DNA of 32,000 bases from Candidatus Nitrospira inopinata (GTDB lineage Bacteria > Nitrospirota > Nitrospiria > Nitrospirales > Nitrospiraceae): NCBI RefSeq assembly GCF_001458695.1, contig NZ_LN885086.1, positions 360,001 to 392,000 on the forward strand, given 5' to 3'. Every line of letters starts with the position of its first letter. Positions within the stretch are counted from its first letter, which is position 1. Made by a program: the position numbers and the translations under genes. Positions 14,486 through 24,637 of the stretch are shown here, piece after piece. The notes below the pieces were generated by a model. It searched no databases. It saw only the letters and a program-made list of their open reading frames with translations, and was not told where the DNA came from.

Positions 14486-15901
14486 TCATCGTCGCCGCGA
14501 GGTTATCGACCGCCACCAGGCCATCGGCGTGCGCAGCCACGTCATCGGCTGCGATCGAGAACCTATGCCTGCGGGAGATCGTCGGTCTGGATCATCTCCA
14601 TCGACTCGATCGGCGATATCACGAAACAACGGATCTACGCGATGAATCAGACGGTACTCTTCCTGCGCTTCCCGGAACCTTCCCATCTTGTCGAGGACTT
14701 GCCCGAGCACGTAGCGAACGTTGAGAAGGTCCTCCATCTTGGCGCCATTGACCGCAAGGGCTCGTCGGAACGAGGCCGCCGCTTCTTCGAGTCGCCCGGC
14801 CGCCCGCAAACACATCCCCTGCTGCACCCTGGCCAAAAACCGAAAGGCGGGATCTTGCTCCGCCGCCTGGAATTTCTTAATGGCTTCCTCATACCGCCCG
14901 GACTGTTTGAGATCCAGACCGTCTTGATACGGATCCAGCCCCAGATTTTCTCGCGCGACATGCTCGGCGGATGGAACAGTCCGAGTCTCGACCGTTCGAT
15001 TCGTGGAAGGAGGAGGCGCCGGCGAAATTTGCGATTCGCCCGCGACCTGATCGGGGTCGAGCTGAATGGTCTGAGGATCCACGTCGGACGGCAGGATGCC
15101 TCCCCTGGCGCGATCCGACGCCACTTGCAGGACGATCGCCGCCGTAATCCGCTCCTTGCCGTCGCCGAAGCCGTAGGCGAGAGACAAATCACAAAGCTGG
15201 TTGATCAGCCGAGGAATGCCGCCGCTGAGCCGACACACCAGAGAACAGGCGTAGTCGGTGAAAAGATGGGGATCGCCGCCGACGATCGCCAGCCGATGAC
15301 GGATGTAGGCTCGGACATCGGCTTCGCTCAGCGGCTCCAAGGCGTAATCCACCGTGATCCGTTGCGCGAATTGCCGCATATCCGGACGGGTCAGCATGGC
15401 CCGCAGCGTGGGTTGTCCGGCCAGCACGATCTGCAACCCGATCTGACGGCCGTCGTTGAGATTGGACAGAAGCCGAAGGTCTTCGAGCATCTGCAGGTTG
15501 AGATTTTGGGCTTCATCGACGATGAGCAGCACTTGCCGGCCGGCCGAAAAGGTGTGTTTCAAATAAGACGTGATTCGGCGGAACTGACTGACGGTGTCGA
15601 GGCCGGAGACGTCAAGTCCGAAGGCGTCGGCGACCCACGGCAAGAGGCTGGTGTCGTTCGGATGGGTCGTGCCGATCACGCCGACGGCAAACCGCCCGCG
15701 ATGTTCCTCCAACATCTTGTTGAGCAGAGTCGTCTTGCCGGTTCCGGGCTCTCCCGTAAGGACAGTGAAGACCGCGCGATTGAGGAGACCGTACTCCAGG
15801 ACATTCAGCCCCGGCTTATGCCGCCCGCTGAGGAAGAGAAATTCCGGATCGGGCAACAGAGAGAAGGGCTTCGCGCGAAGCCGGTAAAACGATTCGTACA
15901 T
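14486..15901 (-). CDS. XrtA/PEP-CTERM system-associated AAA ATPase (ExeA-like) with a C-terminal TPR-like extension
   Basis: MYESFYRLRAKPFSLLPDPEFLFLS..., Walker A GEPGTGKTTL and Walker B LLIVDEAQNL are present. Its position after the tyrosine-kinase gene matches XrtA loci. The C-terminal ~150 aa look TPR-like. Confidence 0.8.
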   Translation of the reverse strand: MYESFYRLRAKPFSLLPDPEFLFLSGRHKPGLNVLEYGLLNRAVFTVLTGEPGTGKTTLLNKMLEEHRGRFAVGVIGTTHPNDTSLLPWVADAFGLDVSGLDTVSQFRRITSYLKHTFSAGRQVLLIVDEAQNLNLQMLEDLRLLSNLNDGRQIGLQIVLAGQPTLRAMLTRPDMRQFAQRITVDYALEPLSEADVRAYIRHRLAIVGGDPHLFTDYACSLVCRLSGGIPRLINQLCDLSLAYGFGDGKERITAAIVLQVASDRARGGILPSDVDPQTIQLDPDQVAGESQISPAPPPSTNRTVETRTVPSAEHVARENLGLDPYQDGLDLKQSGRYEEAIKKFQAAEQDPAFRFLARVQQGMCLRAAGRLEEAAASFRRALAVNGAKMEDLLNVRYVLGQVLDKMGRFREAQEEYRLIHRVDPLFRDIADRVDGDDPDRRSPAGIGSRSQPMTWLRTPMAWWRSITSRRR

Positions 15902-15907
15902 GGTGAC

Positions 15908-16750
15908 CTATCTTGCCCATTTCCGATCGGCCGACACCGCCCGCTTGACTTTCGACATGCTGAGTTGATCGCGCCCGGACTTGTTCAGAACCGTCCCCAG
16001 CACGGCGGTTCCCCCCTTTAACACGTGCAGAGTCCGTTGGAGATCCGGCTCGGACGTGTTGCCGTCCTCCACCACGAGAAGCAGCGCGTCGAGCTGAGGG
16101 CCGAAGGCCAGCACGTCCGCGCGATCGAGCACCGGCGGCAGGTCGAAAATCACGATCCGGGACTCATACCGATGCTTCAATTCCTTTCCAAGCGCCGTCA
16201 TGCGCGGGGAAGCCAAAATTTCGGCGGACTGTTCCGTTCCCCGCCCTCCCGGCAGCACGACCAGACGGCCGAGACCGGGATAGAGCAGCATTTCCTCAAC
16301 CGGCAGCCCGTCCAGCAAATACTCCGTCAAGCCCGGTTTCCGCTCCAACTCCAAGACTTCATGGATCCTTGGCGCCCGCAAATCCGCGTCGACCAGCAAC
16401 ACCGTTTGATTGGGTTCGGTGGCGATGGCGATGGCCAAATTGATCGCCGTCAACGTCTTGCCCGCGCCGTCCCGCGGGCTGGTGACTCCCAGCATGTTCC
16501 AGCCGTTCTCCCGCAAGCGATGCAACACCTGGGTTCTGAGGATTTTGTACGCGTCCGCAAAGGGTGAATCGTGCCGGGTGAGGATTCGCCGCCGCTGCAG
16601 CACGTCCTCATGGATGACGACGGAGCGGGTCCGCGAATACAGAATGGTCGGCGGCGCGGCGGTCGGAGGCTGATCGGGCCGAGGCGGCACCCGCGCCGAA
16701 TGTTGCTGAGCCTTGAACCGATCCATTGCGCTCTGCAAATGTTCCATCAT
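15908..16750 (-). CDS. Exopolysaccharide/PEP-CTERM-locus tyrosine autokinase-like P-loop ATPase (BY-kinase family)
   Basis: Walker A TSPRDGAGKT, Walker A' LLVDADLRAPRIH and Walker B IVIFDLPPV are present. It follows the chain-length determinant gene. Confidence 0.8.
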   Translation of the reverse strand: MMEHLQSAMDRFKAQQHSARVPPRPDQPPTAAPPTILYSRTRSVVIHEDVLQRRRILTRHDSPFADAYKILRTQVLHRLRENGWNMLGVTSPRDGAGKTLTAINLAIAIATEPNQTVLLVDADLRAPRIHEVLELERKPGLTEYLLDGLPVEEMLLYPGLGRLVVLPGGRGTEQSAEILASPRMTALGKELKHRYESRIVIFDLPPVLDRADVLAFGPQLDALLLVVEDGNTSEPDLQRTLHVLKGGTAVLGTVLNKSGRDQLSMSKVKRAVSADRKWAR

Positions 16751-16776
16751 GATTCCGCCGTCCTTTCGCTTTCCGC

Positions 16777-18540
16777 TTATGTGAGCCCCAGTTTGCGCAT
16801 CGCGGCGTACCAGATGACGTCCAGGGGATAGAACAACACGTGCACGGACGCCGCCAACAGCACCACCACGCCGATCCCCGCCACCGCGACGCCGTACCGT
16901 CGTCTGGCAAAGCGACGGAGATCGTCCTCGTTGGCCAAATAGGGAATGACGGCCAACGGCGGCAACCCCGCGACGGCTCCGAGATGCTGTTCCCCGCGAA
17001 TCGAACGGTCCAGTTGCTCAAACAGCACGCCGCTTCCCGCTCCGCCGCCCAAGGCCAAAATCAAGCCCAGAATCATGATGACCGGACGGTTGGGTTTTTC
17101 CGGTTTTTCCGGCAGGTCCGGCGGATCGATCAGAGAAAACCGTTCGCCCTTTCGTTGAATCTCCAACTCCTTGGACACCTCGGCCTCCAACAACCGAGAG
17201 GTAATCTCCTCGTGCTTGCGGATCGCCTCTTCACGGTTCCGGACCAGATCGAGATAGGTCGGTTCGACGTGCACCGTCTGCTCGATCCGCTTCGCGTACT
17301 CGCTTACCCGTTTCTTGATGCCCTCTCTGGATTTTTTCAACGCTTGCAGAGAGGAGTTCGCGGTGGCGAGTTGCGCCTGGATGTTGATGTAGGCCGGATT
17401 TTCCGGCTTGACCTCGGCCTTTCGGCGGCCGGCCTTGACCACGCGATCAAGCTCCTGCTCCAACGAGGCAATCGATCGGCGGGCCAGAATGACATCGGGA
17501 TGTTCATCTCCGTATGTATCAAGCAAGGTCGCCAGACGAGCCCGCTCCCCCGTCAATTTTTTTTGCAACTCCTCGGGTGTTTCCTGCTCACTGATGTCCC
17601 GTTCGAGGGCCGCAATCTGTTGTTGAATTTGAATGACGTCGGGATGTTCCGGCGACAGATAGCCGGTCATGCTTGCATACTGCGCCCGCAGGGCCCTCAG
17701 CCGTTCGCTCGAATCGAGGATCCGCTCTCCGCTGGCCGCGATGATCGGCGTATTGGGTTTCAACGTCGCCAATTCTCCCTCCAGATACGTCTTCCGTTCC
17801 TCCCAGCTCCGGATCTCGCGGTCGATGTCGAGCAGCTCCCGCTCCGCCTGGTTGAGCATCGTCATGTTCAGACTGGTCAGCTCGGGCAGAGCACCTTCCG
17901 CCCGCTGTTTGACGGCGGAGAGCTGCTCCTGAATCTCACGAATCCGTTGAGCCAATCGTCCTTCCTCTTTTTTCAGGAACTCGGTCGTCTCTTGGGCGTG
18001 GCGCTCGCGAGTCTTGAGGTTCTCTCCGAGAAACAGGCTCGTCAGTTCATTGGCCACTTTCTGGGCGATTTGGGGCGATTCTCCCTCGTAGGACAAGGTG
18101 AACGCGATCGTCGCCTGGGTCGGCGTTTGCGTGCGCTTGTCGATGATCTTGACGTTCATGACTTCCACGCGGATGTCGTCGGTGAACCGTTCCAAGACTT
18201 CCTCGGTACTGCCGGTCTGCCTCAGCTTCTTGTACAAACCGAATTCGTCCACGAACTTCGTAAGCGTCGAGCGCGTCATGACCTGCTGCTTGATCGTCTC
18301 GATTCGTTGATCGGCGTAGCTTGTAATGGCGGAGCGGACAATGTCGGCCGGAATCTCCTGCTCCTCGATCAGAATGGTGGCGGTGGACTTATACACGGGC
18401 GGCCACAGATAGGCCACCGCGACGCTCGCGAGAAAGAGCGCGGCCGTCGTCAAAATGATGGGCACGCGCCTTCGCCGCGCGATCTGCCCGATTTGTTGCA
18501 GCGTAAGAGAAGTTTGACTCGTCATCTGATTCATAGACAT
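16777..18540 (-). CDS. Polysaccharide chain-length determinant (Wzz/GumC-type, XrtA-locus subtype)
   Basis: An N-terminal TM is followed by LWPPVYKSTATILIEEQ. A long coiled-coil periplasmic region leads to a C-terminal Gly-rich TM (PVIMILGLILALGGGAGSGVL). Confidence 0.85.
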   Translation of the reverse strand: MSMNQMTSQTSLTLQQIGQIARRRRVPIILTTAALFLASVAVAYLWPPVYKSTATILIEEQEIPADIVRSAITSYADQRIETIKQQVMTRSTLTKFVDEFGLYKKLRQTGSTEEVLERFTDDIRVEVMNVKIIDKRTQTPTQATIAFTLSYEGESPQIAQKVANELTSLFLGENLKTRERHAQETTEFLKKEEGRLAQRIREIQEQLSAVKQRAEGALPELTSLNMTMLNQAERELLDIDREIRSWEERKTYLEGELATLKPNTPIIAASGERILDSSERLRALRAQYASMTGYLSPEHPDVIQIQQQIAALERDISEQETPEELQKKLTGERARLATLLDTYGDEHPDVILARRSIASLEQELDRVVKAGRRKAEVKPENPAYINIQAQLATANSSLQALKKSREGIKKRVSEYAKRIEQTVHVEPTYLDLVRNREEAIRKHEEITSRLLEAEVSKELEIQRKGERFSLIDPPDLPEKPEKPNRPVIMILGLILALGGGAGSGVLFEQLDRSIRGEQHLGAVAGLPPLAVIPYLANEDDLRRFARRRYGVAVAGIGVVVLLAASVHVLFYPLDVIWYAAMRKLGLT

Positions 18541-18558
18541 ATCCCGGGTTTGGTCATT

Positions 18559-19767
18559 TCACTCACTCATCGAAAACTTAAGCGGGAAATAAGTCACCAA
18601 CAACCGCACCGCGTGGGATTCGCCGCTCCGGTCCACGCCTTCGAATTCGCGCCGCGAATACATATAGCCGACGTCCACGGCCCAGTAGTCGTCAAAATGC
18701 CATCGGACATGGGGATCAATGTAAAAGAAACGTGTTTCGCGAAAGCGCGCGCCGCCTGTAAACAGGTCGCTGGTGGCCACCGGATTGATGATCGCAGCTT
18801 GCCCGTTGATTGAGAACGTGAGATGGTCCGTCGCTTGATAGCTGGCCCTGGCCAATAAGTGATCCTTTTGGATCAAGAGTCCGAACCCGCTGGGAAAGAT
18901 ATCTCTGCCGATCTCGAGCGAAACGTTGGCCCGCTCAAATTTATGCGCCAACACCCCGTTGAACACCCAGACGGTCGTACTGTCCTCCAGCGTTCCAACC
19001 CTTGTGTCGATACGATTTGTGATGAACCGGGGACCGCCTGAGGCGGAGAGAGTGAGCTGCTCGGAAAAGGCGTGTGTTCCTCCCATCTGGGCTCCGTAGG
19101 TATCCGCCACCAAGTTCCCTCGATCAGGCAGAAGAAAACGAGTGAATAATCCGGTCACCTGAATCGTATCCCGATCGCCGATGTTATACGAGAGGGTCTC
19201 GCTCGCCGTGTGCACTTCATAGTCGAATAGGAAGAGACGTTGGCTGCCTCCCTCGTATTGAGCCTTGCTGAACTGATAGGATGTCCGGGCTAAAAGCCGA
19301 TCCGTAAGACTGTAGGTCCACGAAGGGCCCGCTGACCATAAATTTCGCTGAGCGAACGCGAGCACGACCCCCGTTTGCTGCAGCTCGCTCCGCAACGTGT
19401 TGTCGCGATCCAAACCGCCGGTGAATCCCCAAACGCTTCGATCCTGGCGATATTGGACGGAGAGGGGGAAATGGAGATTGTAGATCTTGGCGTCTCTCTC
19501 TCCATAATACTCGACATAATCAAACGCCAGCCGGCTGCTCACCTGAAGCGTCTCCGTTGCGCCGGTGAACCGGACGGCGGGGGAAATCCAGTACGCATAG
19601 GTTGAGAGCTGCGGCTCGAGCGCCAGAAGCAAATTCGAGTGGTATTCGCCTCGCACGCTCATGGAAGGCTCGATCGACCATTCCGCCGCCCGCGCAGTTC
19701 CTTGACCGATCACCGCCAACAAGCTTCCCATAACCATCCCCAAGAAAACCCCTCGCCAAGACGTCAT
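18559..19767 (-). CDS. PEP-CTERM-system-associated outer-membrane beta-barrel protein (TIGR03016-like by position and composition)
   Basis: Signal peptide MTSWRGVFLGMVMGSLLAVIGQGTARA/AE from the ATG at 19767 (SD GGGGGA). Alternating aromatic/polar beta-strand patterns run throughout. It lies between the export and chain-length genes. Confidence 0.6.
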   Translation of the reverse strand: MTSWRGVFLGMVMGSLLAVIGQGTARAAEWSIEPSMSVRGEYHSNLLLALEPQLSTYAYWISPAVRFTGATETLQVSSRLAFDYVEYYGERDAKIYNLHFPLSVQYRQDRSVWGFTGGLDRDNTLRSELQQTGVVLAFAQRNLWSAGPSWTYSLTDRLLARTSYQFSKAQYEGGSQRLFLFDYEVHTASETLSYNIGDRDTIQVTGLFTRFLLPDRGNLVADTYGAQMGGTHAFSEQLTLSASGGPRFITNRIDTRVGTLEDSTTVWVFNGVLAHKFERANVSLEIGRDIFPSGFGLLIQKDHLLARASYQATDHLTFSINGQAAIINPVATSDLFTGGARFRETRFFYIDPHVRWHFDDYWAVDVGYMYSRREFEGVDRSGESHAVRLLVTYFPLKFSMSE

Positions 19768-19821
19768 GCCGATTCCCCCGCTCCTTGCCGCCGCGCGAGG
19801 GGAGCATCGCTCTCTCATAGG

Positions 19822-20457
19822 TTAGGGAACCACCACGACATCGCCGCGCTGAAGCACGATGTTCTGCTCAAGCCCCCTCCCGTTTCGCACGTCTCCATAC
19901 CGGAACGGATAGACTCTCTGCTCTCCCTTGTCTCTCCTGATGACCTTGATGTCGTTTTCCTTGGCGAAGGGGGTCAGACCTCCGGCCAGGCTGAGGGCCT
20001 GGAGCACGTCGGTATAGTGACCGACCAGGAATTCTCCCGGCCTGGCGACGCGCCCGGTGACATAAATTTTATTGCTCATGATCTTCGTCACCATGACCGT
20101 CACGTGCGGATTCGGCACGAATTTGTTCAGGCGCGCGACCAGATCCTGTCGCACGTCCTCGACCGTCCGGCCGGCAGCCATGATGTCGCCGACCAGCGGA
20201 AACGAGATCATGCCGTCCGGGCGCACGACGACTTCCTGCGTGAGCTGCTCATCCCGCCACACCGAGATCTTGAGCGTATCCTCGGGCCCCAGCAAGTACG
20301 CCGCGTCCGCCACGAGACCCGGATCGGTCTCGCCAGCAACCTGAATCGGTTGAGGAGCCAAAAAATCCGGCACGTAGTCGGTCACGGAGGCGCAGTGCTG
20401 GAGGGTTGGCGCCAGCAAGACGCAGAGAACAGACCGTGTCAATTTCGATTGTTTCAT
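19822..20457 (-). CDS. Polysaccharide export protein (Wza-like Poly_export + SLBB; XrtA-locus subtype)
   Basis: YLLGPEDTLKISVWRDEQLTQEVVVRPDGMISFPLVGDIMAAGRTVEDVRQDLVARL is the Poly_export signature. An SLBB-like segment follows (YVTGRVARPGEF...). Confidence 0.85.
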   Translation of the reverse strand: MKQSKLTRSVLCVLLAPTLQHCASVTDYVPDFLAPQPIQVAGETDPGLVADAAYLLGPEDTLKISVWRDEQLTQEVVVRPDGMISFPLVGDIMAAGRTVEDVRQDLVARLNKFVPNPHVTVMVTKIMSNKIYVTGRVARPGEFLVGHYTDVLQALSLAGGLTPFAKENDIKVIRRDKGEQRVYPFRYGDVRNGRGLEQNIVLQRGDVVVVP

Positions 20458-20491
20458 CTTTTCCCTATTCCTTCATTCTCCTTGCCTTACT

Positions 20492-22882
20492 CTATCCTTG
20501 CAATTGCGCCAACACGGACTTGGCCTCATCCAGCCCGGGGAACGGCTTCGGCGACGCCACGGCCTTTTGGAGATACGTTTTGGCCTCCTCCGTCTTCCCG
20601 GTTTTGTAATAGGCGATCCCCAAATGGTAATTGACCACCGGATGGTCCGGCACCTTGGCCGCAGCCTGCTGAATAAAGTGCAGGGCCTGGCCGGAATTTC
20701 CCATCTTCAGGTGCACCCAGCCCAGCGTATCGAGGAAATACGGATTGGGCGCGACCGTTTCGAAGTCTTGCGACAGCGCCAGGGCCCGCTCCAGACTTTT
20801 TTGATCGCCTTTCTCGTCCGCCAGCAACGACGCCAAATTATTGGCCGCCAGCAGCGAGCGGGGATTGTTGCGCAGGATCGTCTCGTATTCCTCGATGGCC
20901 CGGTCGAACTGCCCGGCTTCCGTCAACGAGGTGGCCAGCGTCAGGCGCAGGTCCTCGCTCCTCGGATTGGCCGCCAATCCCTTCTCCAGAATAGCCCATG
21001 CGTCTTCCCGTTTCCTCTGAGCCAGCTTGAGGTTGGCCAAATGGAGCCACGGCTGCACCCAATCGGGTTTTCGTCGGGTGGCCTCCACGAATCGGCGTTC
21101 GGCTCCCGCCGGGTCCCGCTCCAAAAGCGCAATCTCGCCGAGCAGTCCCACCGCGTAGGGATGGTTCGGGTTCTGAGCCAATAAATCCTCCAGCCGCCGC
21201 TTGGCATCAGCCGGTTTCCCGAGCTGCAGATCCAACTGAACCAACGCCACCAATGGATCGGGAGCGTCCGGGTACTTTTTGCGAGCCCGCTCGAACGCTT
21301 CGCGGGCCTTGTCCCATTCCTTCCGAGCCTGATACAGACGGCCCTCCGCCAAATCCGCCATCGCGCTGTCCGCCCCCGCCTCGCGGGCACGGGCCAGCGT
21401 CTCGGCCGTCGCCGCCCAATCCTTTTCCGCGGCCTGCAACCGCAACAACGCGCTGAGGGTCCTCAAGTTTTTCGGGTCCTGCTTTGAAAGGCCTTCCACG
21501 CGGGCGCGCGCGTCCTTGATGTTGCCCGACGAGGAATCGATCGCGGCCAAGGCCATCTGCGCCTCTTTCAACTGCGGATTGAGGGCTGCGGCCTTCTCGA
21601 AACTTTCCTTGGCCAGCTCCTTGTCGGCCGTGGCCAGATAGGCTTGGCCGAGCAACATATGAACGTCGGCGAGATCCGGTTGATCTTTCAAGACGCTGCG
21701 GAAGTCTTGGATCGCGTCCTTCGCATGGCCTTGCTGCAACGCGATCTTCCCCCGGAGCAACAGCGCCTGCGACATACGGGAATTCTCTTTCAACACCTCC
21801 GCGAGCAGCTTCTCGGCGTCTTCCCGTTTCCCGGTCGACCAGCCGATCGCCGCCAGCTTGACCTTCGCCTCCTGCTCGGCCGGCTTGCCGCGAAAGTCGT
21901 CCCGCGCCTGTTCGTACACCGCCCGCGCTTTCTCGGGCTGCCGGTTCAGTTCATAGAGTTCGCCCAGCGCGAATCGTAGGGCGTGGGACTTGGGCAACGC
22001 CTTCTGCGCGTCCAGCAACGCAGTCTCCGCCTCCGACGCCCCCTTGCGAGCATAGAGGAATTTCACCAGCCCCAGATACCGCTGCTCGTTTTCCGGGTCC
22101 AGCTTGATCACCTCGCGCAACACGGATTCGGCATCGTCGAAGCGGCGACGTTCGTCGTAAAAACCGGCAAGGCGGATACGATGGTCCAGATTTTTCGGCT
22201 CAGCCTCGATGATCTTCTTCAACACGGCTTCAGCCTTGTCGAATTTTTCCAATCGGGTCAAGGCGGACGCGAACGAGTCCAAAAGCTGGAGATCGGTCGG
22301 GTTCGCGTCGATGGCCCGCTGCATGACCGGCTCGACGTCCGCCGTTCGCCCGAGGGCCAGATACAACGTCGCCAGCAACGTCGCCGCGGAGGGATCCGTC
22401 GGATGGTCCTTCGCCAGAGCTTCCGCAGCCGTCAACGCTCCGTCGCGGTCGCCCCGCACGGCCTGCACGGCGATCGTAAGTGTCCGCGCCTCGACCTGAT
22501 TCGGATTCTTGTCCAACACCTTCTTGGCCGTTTCTTCCACCTGATCGATCGCGCCGGCTTGCAGATAGAACTTGGCGAGCTTCACCAGAGCCTTTTCATG
22601 GTCGGGAACCAATTCCACGACCCGCTGGTAGTTGGCGAACGCTTCCCGCCAGTTCTTCTCCTTCTCCTCGACTTCGGCGAACAGATAGTGGGCTTCGACG
22701 TCCTTCGGGTCGATCTTGAGCACGTTGCGCAGCGCCACGCGGGCCTTGGCCAGGTTGTCCTCTTGAATATAGGTCTGCGCCTTGGCCAGATAGTTGGCCT
22801 TCCGTTCCTCAGGTCCTCCACACCCGACGGCCGCCAGAACAAGCCCAAGAATCAACGGAGTGAACCGCTTATGAGCAAACAT
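20492..22882 (-). CDS. prsT: PEP-CTERM system TPR-repeat lipoprotein
   Basis: Lipobox LAAVGC, then about 750 aa of continuous TPR repeats. Its position immediately upstream of the export gene matches XrtA loci. Confidence 0.75.
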   Translation of the reverse strand: MFAHKRFTPLILGLVLAAVGCGGPEERKANYLAKAQTYIQEDNLAKARVALRNVLKIDPKDVEAHYLFAEVEEKEKNWREAFANYQRVVELVPDHEKALVKLAKFYLQAGAIDQVEETAKKVLDKNPNQVEARTLTIAVQAVRGDRDGALTAAEALAKDHPTDPSAATLLATLYLALGRTADVEPVMQRAIDANPTDLQLLDSFASALTRLEKFDKAEAVLKKIIEAEPKNLDHRIRLAGFYDERRRFDDAESVLREVIKLDPENEQRYLGLVKFLYARKGASEAETALLDAQKALPKSHALRFALGELYELNRQPEKARAVYEQARDDFRGKPAEQEAKVKLAAIGWSTGKREDAEKLLAEVLKENSRMSQALLLRGKIALQQGHAKDAIQDFRSVLKDQPDLADVHMLLGQAYLATADKELAKESFEKAAALNPQLKEAQMALAAIDSSSGNIKDARARVEGLSKQDPKNLRTLSALLRLQAAEKDWAATAETLARAREAGADSAMADLAEGRLYQARKEWDKAREAFERARKKYPDAPDPLVALVQLDLQLGKPADAKRRLEDLLAQNPNHPYAVGLLGEIALLERDPAGAERRFVEATRRKPDWVQPWLHLANLKLAQRKREDAWAILEKGLAANPRSEDLRLTLATSLTEAGQFDRAIEEYETILRNNPRSLLAANNLASLLADEKGDQKSLERALALSQDFETVAPNPYFLDTLGWVHLKMGNSGQALHFIQQAAAKVPDHPVVNYHLGIAYYKTGKTEEAKTYLQKAVASPKPFPGLDEAKSVLAQLQG

Positions 22883-22903
22883 CGCCGTTCTCCTCGCCCG
22901 GCG

Positions 22904-24529
22904 CTAGAGCCAGGCCCTCAACCCCAGAATCAGCATAATCCATAATGAAACCAAACCGAACTGGATCAATCGTTCGGCGAAACTGTGCAGCATCAATTCG
23001 ATGGCCAAAAACATCACGATCATTTTGGCGGCCAAGACGCCGAGCGCGACGTCCCCCACGCGCATGTCCGGCCAAAACGACATCGCGAACACCAAACACA
23101 CCATAAGATAATCCAGCGGCGTCATTTCAAAACGGTGTTTGACGCCGAATCGGATCGTCAGCGTCACCAAGACCGCCAGCAGGATGAAAAATCCGTTCAC
23201 CGGAGTCTGCAGAGCCGACCATTCGGGAGGCATCGGTTGCTCAAGCAGGTAAATGACGAAGGTCGCGCCCAGGTAGAGACCGGCCCGCACGATTAGTTGT
23301 CGAGCGGATGGCACCGCGTAGGCGCCCACCGCCAGCACCAAAAACAATCCCGTGGCGGCATAGCCCAGATCGACGGGCACGTCCGCCGGCCACAACGCGG
23401 CGGCGGCCAAAAAAACGGAGACCGCCAATCCGAGCGATTTTCCCGGCAACGTCGAGTACACCTCGCCGGTTTCCGCCATCTCGGCCGTTTGGGCCGACCC
23501 ACTCCACCTCCCCTGTAGAACGAACCGGCGTCCCGCCAGGACGAACAGCGAGAGAATCGGCAGCGCGAACGCTCCGTACACCGCAAGGATGACCTCATCC
23601 GACTGCCACCGGAGCAGATAGGCGCAACAGACCATCAGCCCATGAACGGCATAGATGGCCGTCACGGCCTGCCGGTGCTGGAGCCCCATCGACAGCAGCT
23701 TGTAATGGAGATGGTTCCGGTCTCCGACAAACGGCGATCGTCCTTGCAAGATCCGCTGCCCCATCACGCCCACGGTGTCCAAGATCGGCACGCCCCAGAG
23801 GAACAGCATCAACGCCGGGCTATAGAAGGGCTTGCTGAGATCCGTCAACAGAATGGCGGCCACCGCCAAATAATGCCCCAGAAATTGGCTGCCGGCGTCC
23901 CCCATGAAAATGCGCGCCGGGTATGTATTGAATCGGAGAAAGCCCAGCAATCCGCCCAGGACCGCCACCATCAGAAAGACCAACTGTGATTCATCCGCCA
24001 GATACGCCAAAAAGGCGATGCCGGCGAAACTGATCAGCGCCAACCCTCCCGCAAGCCCGTCCAATCCGTCGGCGAGATTCACGGCATTCGTCACCGCGAC
24101 GATCACGAACAGCGTAAGCGGGACGGCCATCCAACCGGGCAGGATGACGTCCTCGTCCATGAACGGCAACGACGACAGGCGAAGCCCGGCAAACCCGACG
24201 ACCACGGCGGCGGCCGCGATCTGCCCCAGAAACTTGACGCCGTAAGGAAGGTCGGTCCGATCGTCCCAGACGCCGAACAGCAAAATCACCGCGCCTCCCG
24301 CCAAACTGGACAGAATCACTTCGTCCTTCGGCGCCCACCAGAGCACCGCCGTGAACGTCGCCACGGCAAAGGCAATGCCTCCCACCTTCGCGATCGGCGC
24401 CGAATGGGCATGTCGATCGCCGGGCATGTCGATGATCTGGAGACGCCACGCCGAAGCGGTCAACATGGGAATCAGCGTCATGCTGATCACCAGGGAAACC
24501 ATAAAGCTCAAAAACAGCGGCGTGGACAT
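22904..24529 (-). CDS. Polyprenyl-phosphate N-acetylhexosamine-1-phosphate transferase (MraY/WecA family, glycosyltransferase family 4) with an extra C-terminal membrane domain
   Basis: IIDMPGDRHAHSAPIAKVGG, VWDDRTDL, NAVNLADGLDGLAGG and FMGDAGSQFLG motifs are present. It is polytopic, and about 200 extra hydrophobic residues sit at the C-terminus. Confidence 0.85.
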   Translation of the reverse strand: MSTPLFLSFMVSLVISMTLIPMLTASAWRLQIIDMPGDRHAHSAPIAKVGGIAFAVATFTAVLWWAPKDEVILSSLAGGAVILLFGVWDDRTDLPYGVKFLGQIAAAAVVVGFAGLRLSSLPFMDEDVILPGWMAVPLTLFVIVAVTNAVNLADGLDGLAGGLALISFAGIAFLAYLADESQLVFLMVAVLGGLLGFLRFNTYPARIFMGDAGSQFLGHYLAVAAILLTDLSKPFYSPALMLFLWGVPILDTVGVMGQRILQGRSPFVGDRNHLHYKLLSMGLQHRQAVTAIYAVHGLMVCCAYLLRWQSDEVILAVYGAFALPILSLFVLAGRRFVLQGRWSGSAQTAEMAETGEVYSTLPGKSLGLAVSVFLAAAALWPADVPVDLGYAATGLFLVLAVGAYAVPSARQLIVRAGLYLGATFVIYLLEQPMPPEWSALQTPVNGFFILLAVLVTLTIRFGVKHRFEMTPLDYLMVCLVFAMSFWPDMRVGDVALGVLAAKMIVMFLAIELMLHSFAERLIQFGLVSLWIMLILGLRAWL

Positions 24530-24637
24530 GAGCCATCAACCTATCACGGCCGGAACGGGCCCGACATCCTACTTTGGGAGTGTAGCAGTATAGCGAAAGA
24601 GCGATTCAGCAGGAACAACGCCAGGTTCAAACTGATG

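Noticed and set aside
14294-16021. Long plus-strand ORFs antisense to the EPS genes. This one is 575 aa. Others are 16840-18813 (657 aa), 19639-20634, 21983-22945, 27722-28918, 29518-30672 and 1824-2915.
   Set aside because: They are shadow ORFs, typical of GC-rich DNA. Their products are Arg/Pro/Gly-rich with no motifs, and each fully overlaps an opposite-strand gene that has clear family signatures.
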